From: Candidatus Nomurabacteria bacterium
Lineage (GTDB): Bacteria; Patescibacteriota; Minisyncoccia; Phycocordibacterales; SBAW01
DNA length: 64,000 bases
NCBI GenBank assembly: GCA_020854065.1
Contig: JADZGF010000016.1
Coordinates: 20,784 to 84,783, forward strand
Reading direction: 5' to 3'
Positions within the stretch are counted from its first letter, which is position 1, and each line of letters begins with the position of its first letter. This document shows positions 55,250 through 64,000 of the stretch, piece after piece. The position numbers and the translations under genes are program-made. The notes beneath the pieces were generated by a model, which was not told the DNA's origin, did not search any database, and saw only the letters and a program-made list of their open reading frames with translations.

Positions 55250-56289
55250 AGATTAAATAAATTGAAAGGCGATCCGGATCCTTGGCCAAAGAGTATACGT
55301 ACTGCATTTTCTGCAGCTTGCACAAACTCTGCAGGGTTATTGTTTTGAAGAGAGACACTCAATAAAGATTCACCTTCCCCTGTTCCTGTTTGTCGCAGTG
55401 TAAGGATACCCTGCGCGGCATCAGGGCCGGTTGCTTCGGCGCCATCCAACCGCCATGCATAACTTAGTGCCCCACCTTTTTTACTCGGATTGGAATAATA
55501 AAATGGTTCGGCTTTTATTGAAATCTCGCTATCGATGAGTGAAATACCGTTAGTGAGTGCCTGATCGTATATAGGGCCCCGTAATGCATCGTGTTGGTAA
55601 AGAATGACAAGTGGTTCGGTTGTAGGAATAGAGACATACCCCACCCCTACTTTTACAGTACCTGCATATACGTCAACTTGTATATCTTCTGACGTCTTAA
55701 GTTGGTCACCGGAAAAGCGGAATGTGGTACGGCCCAAGCCTGATGCGGCTGGTACAGGTTCACCACCACGCTGCCACTGATAGGACAGGACATTAGGAGA
55801 TACACGCGATGTTCCTTGGTACACCGTTGGGAGCGCAACGACAGTGAGGGGTGAACCAGCACTATAAAGTGCTTTCCCGCGGTAAAGGGGCGGTATTGAG
55901 GTGTCCGCTTCCCACAAAAGGGTAACAGTCGAGGGACTGAAGTTAAACGTTTTATTGAAATTGCCCGCAGTTGACTCAATTGTTACTCGTATAGTTGTCG
56001 TTTTGCCAAATGCTCCGGTTGTAAAAGAGTACTGTCTCTCCCCAACCCCGCTTTTTACTACACTTCCGTCCTGGGACCAGGTTATCTTTGATTCCCCAAT
56101 AAAGCTCCCAGTCCCTTCTATGTCGATAGTTACCACCTGGTTTGCTCCTGGTGTATCGGGAGAGACAACGTAGCGCACAGGGTCTGGTACCGCTGTTTGC
56201 GCAAACAGTATCGCTGGGGCAAAGAGCCCAAGTGTTATAGCTATGTTACGCAGCTGTCGCATATGATTGATTGTTAACCCGTACTCCAT
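55246..56289 (-). CDS. secreted protein of unknown function in T4SS-like cluster
   Basis: Signal peptide, beta-rich 347-aa protein. Confidence 0.35.
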   Translation of the reverse strand: MEYGLTINHMRQLRNIAITLGLFAPAILFAQTAVPDPVRYVVSPDTPGANQVVTIDIEGTGSFIGESKITWSQDGSVVKSGVGERQYSFTTGAFGKTTTIRVTIESTAGNFNKTFNFSPSTVTLLWEADTSIPPLYRGKALYSAGSPLTVVALPTVYQGTSRVSPNVLSYQWQRGGEPVPAASGLGRTTFRFSGDQLKTSEDIQVDVYAGTVKVGVGYVSIPTTEPLVILYQHDALRGPIYDQALTNGISLIDSEISIKAEPFYYSNPSKKGGALSYAWRLDGAEATGPDAAQGILTLRQTGTGEGESLLSVSLQNNNPAEFVQAAENAVRILFGQGSGSPFNLFNL

Positions 56290-56749
56290 CGATATTTACC
56301 CGTGAGTTTTCTGCAGGTTGAGTTTCGGCACGCTCCTCGGCCTCGTCGGCCGCTTTTCGCTCCTCTTTATGGATGCTTCGAATAGTGAGTATTGTGGCAA
56401 TAGTCCACCATGGAAGGTTATTTACGCCAGGGATTATTTCTCCAAAAAGTGCAATAAAAATGCGGCGCAAGATAATAGCCTCGATTCTCGTTTTTAAGCG
56501 GTGAGAATTGCTGTTAAAGGTTATGTACATACCAAACATGTGTCCTACGCCAGCCGTAAGGCTTATTGAACCGTTTATAGCCACCCCCATAGCAATACCA
56601 AGTGGCATACTCGCCGCACTGGTGATTTGCCCCAAAATTGGAATTGCATTAACTCCTGCGAGTAACCCAATGATTGAGAGGGAGATTCCTGCCTGGAGTA
56701 TGTCTATAAATAGGGCAAAAACTATAAACGGCATGCCTTTAAGCCACAT
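56246..56749 (-). CDS. 4-TM membrane protein of unknown function in T4SS-like cluster
   Basis: 167 aa, hydrophobic core, charged C-terminal tail. Confidence 0.35.
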   Translation of the reverse strand: MWLKGMPFIVFALFIDILQAGISLSIIGLLAGVNAIPILGQITSAASMPLGIAMGVAINGSISLTAGVGHMFGMYITFNSNSHRLKTRIEAIILRRIFIALFGEIIPGVNNLPWWTIATILTIRSIHKEERKAADEAEERAETQPAENSRVNIDGVRVNNQSYATAA

Positions 56750-56753
56750 GGCT

Positions 56754-58565
56754 TTATTGTACCGCCACTTCAGCGCGCTTCTTGCGCAATGCCAACACCT
56801 GGCTTGGGTCCGAAGTAATGATCTGATCTTCGGTATATGAGGCGATCACCTTAATAGCAACGTGTTTTAAGCCTGCAAAGAAGATTCCCTCCCCTACATC
56901 TGACTCTAGGAGCAAGAATTTCTCCTCGTCCGAGAGGTTAAATGTCTTTTGCAGGGTATCAATAGTGGTCGGTGACTGTTTTAGCAGTATTTGGATGGAT
57001 GAGTTGGTGATCATCGGCAATCCATACGGTGACTTCAAGAAGTCATCAACGTCTTGGGTGATGGTGGCAAGGCCCAAGTAGTATTTACGGCCGCGCTTTG
57101 CCATACCGTAGAGGAAGCTCGCGGTGTCATCACTCTTCATCATCCACCATGCCTCATCGATAACAAGTAGGCGCTTTTTTAGGTTTTTACGCACTGCATT
57201 CCAAATGTAGTGGGTAATGAGGTACATGGCGACGGGTTTAAGGTCATCTTCCATGTCTCGAACTGAGAACACTACAAAACGCTTGTTAAGGTCGACGTTG
57301 GTTGGTTGGTTGATAAACCCTGACCACGTACCTTTGGTGTATTTAGAAAGTCTTTGCACCAAAGACTCTGACCCTTCCATTCCCGCTAACACCAATTCAA
57401 AGTCGGAAAGGAGCGGTGGCTCTATTTCTGCGAAGTTACTATCGACGGTGATGTCTTTCAGAGCGTAGGTTTCAGTAATTGCTTTATCGATGATTGCATC
57501 TTCTTCAGGGGTAAGACCGCCGAGCATGATGCGGAACATGCCGACTAGCGCCACAATGTTGCTGCGCAAAACATCTGCGGGTGACTCATCCTCACGTGGA
57601 GGTGCCAAGTCGAACGGATTGATGTGGTGCTCGGAGTTAAGCGAGATGTTGAAGTAACGTCCCCCTACTGCTTGGGAGAGGAACTCATATTCACGCTCAG
57701 GGTCGATAACAATAACTTCGGTATCAAACATGAGTGTACGCAAAATCTCAAGTTTGGTTGCATAACTTTTACCTGAACCTGATTTTGCGAAAATAACTGA
57801 GTTGTAGTTTTCAAGACTAAAACGGTCGAAGAGGACTAACGAAGCGTTGTGTCGGTTAACTCCGTAGAGAATACCTTTGTCGGAAGTAAGGTCAAACGAT
57901 ACGAATGGGAATATTGAAGAGAGAGGGCTTGAGTTGAGTTTAGAGTGGACTCCCAATTCGTCGCGTCCAAGTGGAATTACCGATTTAAATCCCTGCTCTT
58001 GTTGGAATAGTGCCGGTTTTACATATACCAAACGGCTCTCGAGCATAGACTTAATCTCGCTCTCAGACTTATCAAGTTCTTCCGCTGTGGTTCCGTATAT
58101 GGTGATGTATACGCCTACATCAAAGAGTTTCTCTTGCGCCTGCTGCAATTGATCACGGAGGGATTCAAGGTCTTGATATGCGGTGTCTAAGACTGGGTCG
58201 CGAACCAAGCCTTTCTCCTCGCGGGACATAATCTGGCTTTGCACTTCAGCCACTTTCTTTTGGAACTTCTTCAGTATCTCCCCCGAGTCGATGGGATGAA
58301 TATAAATAGATATATCGAGTACTTTGTCGAGGTTGATGATGGGAGCAAACCATGAGTCCGTAAGTGTGCGCGGGTATGACATGACAAAGAAGGTTCGAGC
58401 AATTTTGTCTCCGAGGTTTATTTCGCGCGGCGTAATCTTCAGTGCAGAAGGGGCAATAACGTCTTGAAGCTCAAGGACACCCTCCTTGTATATCTGCTCG
58501 GGCAAGATCGGCGCAATAGGCGCTTGCGAATCTCTTTGTTTTTTTAAGAAGTCAAGAAATGCCAT
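56754..58565 (-). CDS. VirB4/TrbE/CagE-family type IV secretion ATPase (C-terminal ATPase portion)
   Basis: Walker A IFAKSGSGKSYATK, Walker B LLVIDEAWWMM, motif C-like GLATITQ; start at MAFLDF. Confidence 0.8.
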   Translation of the reverse strand: MAFLDFLKKQRDSQAPIAPILPEQIYKEGVLELQDVIAPSALKITPREINLGDKIARTFFVMSYPRTLTDSWFAPIINLDKVLDISIYIHPIDSGEILKKFQKKVAEVQSQIMSREEKGLVRDPVLDTAYQDLESLRDQLQQAQEKLFDVGVYITIYGTTAEELDKSESEIKSMLESRLVYVKPALFQQEQGFKSVIPLGRDELGVHSKLNSSPLSSIFPFVSFDLTSDKGILYGVNRHNASLVLFDRFSLENYNSVIFAKSGSGKSYATKLEILRTLMFDTEVIVIDPEREYEFLSQAVGGRYFNISLNSEHHINPFDLAPPREDESPADVLRSNIVALVGMFRIMLGGLTPEEDAIIDKAITETYALKDITVDSNFAEIEPPLLSDFELVLAGMEGSESLVQRLSKYTKGTWSGFINQPTNVDLNKRFVVFSVRDMEDDLKPVAMYLITHYIWNAVRKNLKKRLLVIDEAWWMMKSDDTASFLYGMAKRGRKYYLGLATITQDVDDFLKSPYGLPMITNSSIQILLKQSPTTIDTLQKTFNLSDEEKFLLLESDVGEGIFFAGLKHVAIKVIASYTEDQIITSDPSQVLALRKKRAEVAVQ

Positions 58566-58566
58566 A

Positions 58567-59226
58567 TTATTTAACGAGTTGAATTGGTTTTTCGAGCTCG
58601 CCAGGATTGAAAAGCTTATAGAAGAGTTCGATAACCTCTTCAGTGCCAAGTGTTACCACCCGTACACCGGTGCGCACTAAGCCTTGCTCGATAACACTGA
58701 TGCGCTGTTCAATCTGGGTTCGGTATTGTTCGAACTGCTCATCGGTAAGTATGGCAGAAGTGCTCGGGCCAGTTGAAAGAAGATTTGAAAGTGCGCCACC
58801 CACTCCCCCGCCTCGCGCAACAAGTGCAGGATCATACGGCACCACGATAAAGAAGTTTTTACTCATGATGTTCGCGCGCTCGGTGAAGTCTTTGATGAAA
58901 GCAATATATTCACGGATCTGTATTTTCATAAGATCGTCGAGTTCTTTAACGTAGCGGTCTTCCAGGAGTGCAATGTATGGGCGGATATCGAGTTCTCTAC
59001 TCTCGACAAAAAACTGTACGCTAAATTCTAGTGAGTTAAGAAAGTTTTGAAATTGTCCAATAACTGCCTGTTGTTCATCTTGCGATTTAAGCGCGAGGTT
59101 AATGGAGGATGCCATAAGTACCGCACGCAGACTTCCGTCCTTGAGCACCACAATACCGTCGCGTACCTCTTTAAGTGGTACGAAATCCTGCGTTGCTTGT
59201 GATTTAACTTTAGTGTTGGTAGGCAT
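58567..59226 (-). CDS. VirB4 N-terminal-domain-like protein (separate ORF; possible split VirB4)
   Basis: DGIVVLKDGSLRAVLMASSINL...IRPYIALLEDRY resembles the VirB4 N-terminal region; its stop codon is 1 nt from the ATG of the VirB4 ATPase ORF, in a different frame. Confidence 0.45.
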   Translation of the reverse strand: MPTNTKVKSQATQDFVPLKEVRDGIVVLKDGSLRAVLMASSINLALKSQDEQQAVIGQFQNFLNSLEFSVQFFVESRELDIRPYIALLEDRYVKELDDLMKIQIREYIAFIKDFTERANIMSKNFFIVVPYDPALVARGGGVGGALSNLLSTGPSTSAILTDEQFEQYRTQIEQRISVIEQGLVRTGVRVVTLGTEEVIELFYKLFNPGELEKPIQLVK

Positions 59227-59231
59227 GGGTA

Positions 59232-59684
59232 TTAAATTTGGAAACCTGCTCTGGGCTGTTGAGGCTCTTCTTGTGCCCTGTCTTTGATATTAAGCGACCA
59301 AGAGAGGTCTCGGAGTTTGCTTTCGGAGAGTTTGGGGACAGGGAGCGCCTCGGTTGGTTTCTGGCCAGGAGCCACCGCCTCTGTTGGTGCAGATTTTTGG
59401 GGAGTGCGCGGTGCCCAAAGGTAGAGCTTGCTCCCTATGTAATAGCTAAATGCGTGTTCCATAGCGACGATGAAAGGTCTGTCGTTGATTTCGTAAAATG
59501 CGAGCGCGAGAGAAAGTGCAAGAGGCGGAAGCATAAGCGGTATAGAGAGCCATAGTGGTAATACCGTAAAGAGCGCCAAGCATATACCTCCACCTCCTGC
59601 GACATAAATAAACTGCTTGAGCGTGAGTGGCCCAAAGATCTTGTCCTCGACCTCAATGAATTGGGGCACCTGGTACTGCGCCAT
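59232..59684 (-). CDS. PrgI/TcpE/VirB3-like small membrane protein
   Basis: FGPLTLKQFIYVAGGGGICLALFTVLP two-TM signature, immediately upstream of VirB4 ORFs. Confidence 0.45.
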   Translation of the reverse strand: MAQYQVPQFIEVEDKIFGPLTLKQFIYVAGGGGICLALFTVLPLWLSIPLMLPPLALSLALAFYEINDRPFIVAMEHAFSYYIGSKLYLWAPRTPQKSAPTEAVAPGQKPTEALPVPKLSESKLRDLSWSLNIKDRAQEEPQQPRAGFQI

Positions 59685-59700
59685 TACCCTTAGTATAGCG

Positions 59701-60240
59701 CTATTCTGCTGGCTCTCGGTATGGGTCGACCTTAACAATAGGTTTTTCTTGCGGTTTTGGTGCAGGAGCTACACTTGCAGTGGGTTGTGTCAGTATAGTT
59801 TCGGCGTGTACGTCGACTGGTTTTTCAACTCTCTGTACTGCTGAAGGTTGAATTGGGGTCGTTTCTGGTGGTTGAGGAGCGGAAACATCAGGGGTAACTG
59901 CAGGTTGTTCAGGATGTCGCTCTTCCATGAAGCGCTTCATAGACTCACGGATAGGTAAAAAGATTTCAGTATTTACTTCGGCTGCAAGTACTTGAGCTTT
60001 CTCGGGTGGGATATGCAATTGCTCGGCAATTTGCGGCGCAAATTCGTCTGTTCCTGCAAAACCGAGCATGACGAGGAGTGTCTCGTCTTCGAGCAAACCC
60101 ATTTGATCAATATGGAGCGCGTGTCGCTGCCCTATCTCACGGATCTTAGGTTCCCATGAGGCCGACTCTATGGCGTGCCGAACATCTGGAGGGAGTTCGG
60201 CGAGTCGCTGAGCTATTTTTGCTTGAATATCTTGTTCCAT
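59701..60240 (-). CDS. hypothetical protein with Pro-rich C-terminus
   Basis: 179 aa, helical N-half, PQPPETTPIQP tail. Confidence 0.3.
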   Translation of the reverse strand: MEQDIQAKIAQRLAELPPDVRHAIESASWEPKIREIGQRHALHIDQMGLLEDETLLVMLGFAGTDEFAPQIAEQLHIPPEKAQVLAAEVNTEIFLPIRESMKRFMEERHPEQPAVTPDVSAPQPPETTPIQPSAVQRVEKPVDVHAETILTQPTASVAPAPKPQEKPIVKVDPYREPAE

Positions 60241-60257
60241 ATCATTCTCTATTGTAC

Positions 60258-62993
60258 CTAAGCAACATTCCGATCTTCACTTGGCGGGACATTGTCGTTA
60301 GCTGCGTTGTTTAACTGATTTTGGTCGACTCCTATATTTCCCTGTTCTGGGAGTTTTTGAGCTTTCGGTATCGTTTGTTGAGGAGTTGAAGCTAAATGCT
60401 GTGCCGTCTTTTCAGTACTTTTTACCACCTCTTTTAGTCCGCTTTGAAGTCCACGAAGTGTGTCGAGCGATTTATCATCAAGCGCAACCTTCGGCGTATC
60501 GGTCAGGCCCGGAGTGCTTGGTTTGTTATCTACATAGGATTTAACCTCAGGAGTACTTGGACGTGATACGACTTCGTTAAGGGGTAGCGGTGCTGAACGA
60601 TCGGATGATGTCACTTCTGTGCGCATTTCATCAAGTACTCGACGCACGGCCGTTTCTCCACTTATAGTGCTAGCGGCATGAGTAGTGGCGCCACTTGGGG
60701 TACTAGAAGGGACTGCGGTTCCAGCTATTGCTGGAGTTGGTGTGGTGGGGGGTGTTGGGGGCGCAGAAGCAGGAGATCCAGAGGGAGATGGTCCGCCGCC
60801 TGGGCCTCTACCCGGGCCTCCACCACCGCCTGGGCCTCCACCACCACCTCCTGGCCCACCGCTTGGTCCCCCGCCAGATAGGGGTGGGGTGGTGGCATTT
60901 TTTATGAGGCTTCTCAAACGATCCGCCTCTTCTTTAGGTGCACGAAGTTGTGCAGCGGCTTCAGCGTCCGCTGCAGATATCCAACCAGGGACTGGAAAAT
61001 GGCCTGTTGCGCCGTAGAGATTCTGCTTCGACATTATGTCAATTGAGTTTGCATAATTGCTGACGTTTCCGGAACCAGCGAGTTTTTTAGCATTATCGAG
61101 CAGAGGTTTTAGCTCGTCATCGTAGCGTTTCTTGGCTTTTTTGAGGTCACGTTCGGATATTTCACCTGAATCAAAACGAGCTTGGTCACGAGCGTAATTT
61201 TCTTCAGCAGCTTGGAGATGCATTTTGTCCACCGGCGCCATCTGTTTCAACGCTTCTTCTTGCGCTTTTTGTGTTTGTCGGTCAGTTGGCTTGAGTTTGT
61301 TTGCTTCACTAACACGTTTTGTTATACGGTCGCTGTATGATTTGACGTAACCACCAGTTGCGCCTGCGGTAGTATCAACACCAATCTTTCCAAGTCCTTT
61401 GCGAGCGCTTTCAATATTACGTACATCGAAACTCTTTTTACTCAAAGCGCCAGCCCCTCGCCACAAGCCGCCACCAATAAAACGATTTCTTGAAGCTAAT
61501 TCTTTAAGTCCTCTGCTGTTGTAGGCTGAGTTTGCAGCTGCCCCAATACTGTTGCGCATAGCCCATGCGCTGCCGCCAAAGAAAGCGCCGGTGCCTTTGC
61601 GGCTGACCCAATTGGTAAAGGTGCCTGCTGCTGTTGCACCCATTACTCCTACTTTGTCGGCGGCGCGCATACCAATATAGAGCATGGCAACCACAAAGCC
61701 GAGACGTATAGCAACGTTGGCGATACTAGCAGCGATGATTGATATAGCTGACGCAGTGTTTCCTGTATTTAAATCGCTTAAATCGCTAATAATGGACTGT
61801 GTTAGACCTCCTGCTGCTCCGGTAGGATTGAGATCCTTCATCACGAGTGAGATGAAGAGAAAGATAAAGAGGAATATGACTGGATAAAAGGTGTGGGTAA
61901 TAAGATATCTCTGCCACAAATCATAGTATTTACTCGACAAGGAAGTTGTTTTTGCGAGGAATGCCAGTGGTGATGCAACGATAAGGAACCACAGCACCAC
62001 GATGCGTGCTAAGAATTTAATTCCCGCTGCCAAAAACATTACAGCCAGGATAAAGTACATTGCGCCAACAGCAATATAAATAAACGAGAGTGTAAGAAAT
62101 ACATTGATTCCACCACCCACTCCTCTGTTTTGGTCCTTGTACCACTTGTCGAAAATGGCCGTACTAAAGAGTCCTTGCATGTTGAGTCCGTTCATAATCG
62201 GATGCGTAAGGTCTTTGGTGCGCTCGAAAGTTTTATTATTGCTTGTGAGAAATTGGGATGTGCTATTTATCGTACTTCCACCACGCGTATCTCCTAAAGT
62301 GTCCGCCAATGTCCTGCCGTCTGTTGGTACGGCGTTATAAAACTGCACCGCCAAAATGTTTCCCGCATCAATTACGAGACGAGTGAAGAAGAAGGAGAAA
62401 TTAATAATGAGCGCCATTACGATAACCCATGCAAGCATGCGCATGGTGCCACCTGACTCAGCTCTAAGTAATACGGTGTAGGCGATATAGACTAGCGCCA
62501 AAATAAAACCCATATTGGCAAGGTCGCGTGCCATAGTCCACCCTTGTGAGATAAAGCCCTGTGCATACGCTAAGCTGTTTAGTGCAAGACTCACTGCAAT
62601 ATTGAAGAAGTAGGCACCAATAAAAGCGAAAGTTGAACCTATGCCAACGGTAAATACGTAAATAACATTAGAGAGACAGAGGTCCCATGTTGAAGGACTG
62701 AATGAACAGCCGGTAGTGCCGTTTCGAGTAGCGGATACCGCGTCTCGTGTTCTCTGGGCAACCGCTTCTCTTAAGGCGGTTTGTGATTCAACGGTATCCA
62801 ACGAACTCAGGTAAGCGTTTTCTTCTGCGGTGCACGCCGACCCGCCTGAAGAGTTAACACACGCATCTGAGAGCTGCGATGAGCTTGTGATAGCAGCTAA
62901 AGTCGAGGATGGAGAACTTAATAGGATTATAAATCCCAACACAAATCCACCCACAAGGCTTATTATGAGTTTTTTTGTTACAAAGTTTGGCAT
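60258..62993 (-). CDS. VirB6/TrbL-like polytopic membrane protein with long C-terminal extension
   Basis: 911 aa; signal/TM, extracellular segment, at least 8 TM helices, then ~450-aa hydrophilic tail with Gly/Pro-rich tract. Confidence 0.45.
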   Translation of the reverse strand: MPNFVTKKLIISLVGGFVLGFIILLSSPSSTLAAITSSSQLSDACVNSSGGSACTAEENAYLSSLDTVESQTALREAVAQRTRDAVSATRNGTTGCSFSPSTWDLCLSNVIYVFTVGIGSTFAFIGAYFFNIAVSLALNSLAYAQGFISQGWTMARDLANMGFILALVYIAYTVLLRAESGGTMRMLAWVIVMALIINFSFFFTRLVIDAGNILAVQFYNAVPTDGRTLADTLGDTRGGSTINSTSQFLTSNNKTFERTKDLTHPIMNGLNMQGLFSTAIFDKWYKDQNRGVGGGINVFLTLSFIYIAVGAMYFILAVMFLAAGIKFLARIVVLWFLIVASPLAFLAKTTSLSSKYYDLWQRYLITHTFYPVIFLFIFLFISLVMKDLNPTGAAGGLTQSIISDLSDLNTGNTASAISIIAASIANVAIRLGFVVAMLYIGMRAADKVGVMGATAAGTFTNWVSRKGTGAFFGGSAWAMRNSIGAAANSAYNSRGLKELASRNRFIGGGLWRGAGALSKKSFDVRNIESARKGLGKIGVDTTAGATGGYVKSYSDRITKRVSEANKLKPTDRQTQKAQEEALKQMAPVDKMHLQAAEENYARDQARFDSGEISERDLKKAKKRYDDELKPLLDNAKKLAGSGNVSNYANSIDIMSKQNLYGATGHFPVPGWISAADAEAAAQLRAPKEEADRLRSLIKNATTPPLSGGGPSGGPGGGGGGPGGGGGPGRGPGGGPSPSGSPASAPPTPPTTPTPAIAGTAVPSSTPSGATTHAASTISGETAVRRVLDEMRTEVTSSDRSAPLPLNEVVSRPSTPEVKSYVDNKPSTPGLTDTPKVALDDKSLDTLRGLQSGLKEVVKSTEKTAQHLASTPQQTIPKAQKLPEQGNIGVDQNQLNNAANDNVPPSEDRNVA
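60770..60900. repeat. Gly/Pro-rich low-complexity tandem repeat inside the VirB6-like gene
   Basis: cctgggcctccaccacc repeated; encodes GGGPSGGPGGGGGGPGGGGGPG. Confidence 0.5.
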
Positions 62994-63994
62994 TGTTGTA
63001 GTGCGGTCTGTGTTTGTTGGTTTTGTGCGGCAAGCTCTGCCTGAAGGGTGGTACGGTCTTGTTGTGCGGTAGTGACCTGAGCTGCTGAAATAAGGGTGCC
63101 GTTAGCAACAGCTGCGTCTAGATCGTTTTTTACTGACGTTATTTGGTTTGGCGAGGTCGCTTGCAATAGACGACTCTGAAAGGCTTGAAGTGTTGCGATG
63201 ACTGTATTTGCTTCCGTAATTCGGCTGTTATAAAACGCCACACGCTGCTCGAGTGCTGTAATGCGGGCTGTTGTTGCGGCTGCTTGTGTGCTGTCATTTT
63301 TAAACTCATGACAGTTAACCAACTCTTGTATACGCTGTTGCGTTAATTGTATGTCGGTAATGGCACCTTGCGCCACGGCGCCATACTGGCTTGCGGTGTT
63401 TGATATGCCGCTGAGTGTAGTGAGAAGAGTGTTGCCTTGTGCTTGTGCCTGCTGCTGCTCCGGGGTAAGAAAATTTCCTTCGTACCCACCCAAGCCCCCG
63501 CTACCCGAAAGATTGGCAACACCACCTTGAAGTGCACGTAGCATTAATTGCTGTAGAAGCGCCGAGATTATGGTGTCGAAACTGCCAGCGACACCTGCTA
63601 ACTCAAGTGTTTTTTGCGAAACACCCAAGTTTTGCTCGAGTGCAGTTTCTATTGTTTTACCAGGCGTTACTATTTTACAGACCCGCACTGGATATGGGGT
63701 GCACTCCTCCATACTTAAAAATCCGCCAGGTGATATCTTTCGCTGCGCATCTAATTGCGCTCGGGCTTGTGTGTTACTTAACTCTACTTGGGCAAATGTG
63801 TAGGCGCCAAATGGGTTATTGGTGGGTACGGTCGTAAACTGTAATAAACCCGCCCACCCACCGCTGTTAAAGTTTCCATCCATAAAGTTTTGGATGTTGG
63901 AAGATACGCGCGACAGTGTGCATGATGCGGCATTACGTTTGGCATAACTCTGCGCAAGCGCAATACGTACTTTTAGCTGTATAGGGCTGCACAA
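62978..63994 (-). CDS. Gln-rich coiled-coil protein, 5' end probably beyond window edge
   Basis: 338+ aa, QQ-rich heptad-like repeats; ORF open to the window boundary. Confidence 0.3.
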   Translation of the reverse strand: MCSPIQLKVRIALAQSYAKRNAASCTLSRVSSNIQNFMDGNFNSGGWAGLLQFTTVPTNNPFGAYTFAQVELSNTQARAQLDAQRKISPGGFLSMEECTPYPVRVCKIVTPGKTIETALEQNLGVSQKTLELAGVAGSFDTIISALLQQLMLRALQGGVANLSGSGGLGGYEGNFLTPEQQQAQAQGNTLLTTLSGISNTASQYGAVAQGAITDIQLTQQRIQELVNCHEFKNDSTQAAATTARITALEQRVAFYNSRITEANTVIATLQAFQSRLLQATSPNQITSVKNDLDAAVANGTLISAAQVTTAQQDRTTLQAELAAQNQQTQTALQQCQTL

Positions 63995-64000
63995 AAATGA

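Noticed and set aside
58567-59226. Alternative reading of the 219-aa ORF as an unrelated cytoplasmic protein rather than a VirB4 N-domain
   Set aside because: Not fully rejected, but the DGSL..I.L.G motif, the size complementarity (219+603 aa) and the 1-nt junction with the ATPase ORF make the split-VirB4 interpretation more parsimonious.
1-64000. CRISPR arrays, rRNA genes, transposases/integrases, prophage blocks
   Set aside because: No regularly spaced direct repeats, no rRNA-like conserved stretches, and no DDE/tyrosine-recombinase-like ORFs were seen anywhere in the window.

Overview
This is a compact bacterial chromosomal window of about 50% GC that contains the replication origin. It is dense in housekeeping genes, mostly on the minus strand, and overlapping stop/start codons are common. 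dnaA-dnaN lie on the minus strand, diverging from rpmH-rnpA-yidC-jag on the plus strand, with DnaA-box clusters on both sides of dnaA.

Recognisable content:
- Five aminoacyl-tRNA synthetases (metG, glyQS, a type-2 ileS, argS, tyrS) and ribosomal proteins S6-SSB-S18, L11, L19, S20 and L34.
- nusG-secE, efp, and ruvA, ruvB, ruvC and ruvX at separate sites.
- polA, tsaE, recO, mscL, a class A PBP and a lone pilB-type ATPase.
- Nine tRNA genes (His, Leu, Val, Ser, Lys and three Arg paralogs).
- A glyA-thyA-folA thymidylate cassette with three unusual inserted genes.
- A monoderm-style type IV secretion-like cluster (VirB4, a VirB3/PrgI-like protein, a VirB6-like protein, a pilin-like protein) that runs to the window edge next to oriC.

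Leads worth following:
- ileS carries a complete histidine-phosphatase (RHG...SHG) domain in place of its CP2/zinc-knuckle region.
- VirB4 is split into two ORFs by a stop plus a 1-nt frame offset.
- Three AT-richer islets sit at tRNA genes and carry an HNH endonuclease, an HTH + LAGLIDADG-like protein, and a Fic protein. The two nuclease ORFs end inside the first 10-16 nt of the downstream tRNA gene.
- An iterated 9-mer operator-like array lies upstream of fic.
- A 270-nt intergenic region upstream of ruvB is hairpin-dense.

secE and rpmH are real genes missing from the ORF track because they are under 60 aa. No CRISPR array, rRNA gene, integrase or transposase was seen. The track's 'valS-like' 1114-aa ORF is in fact IleRS. 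The gene content and compactness are compatible with a Patescibacteria/CPR-like or other monoderm lineage, but I cannot assign taxonomy from sequence alone.
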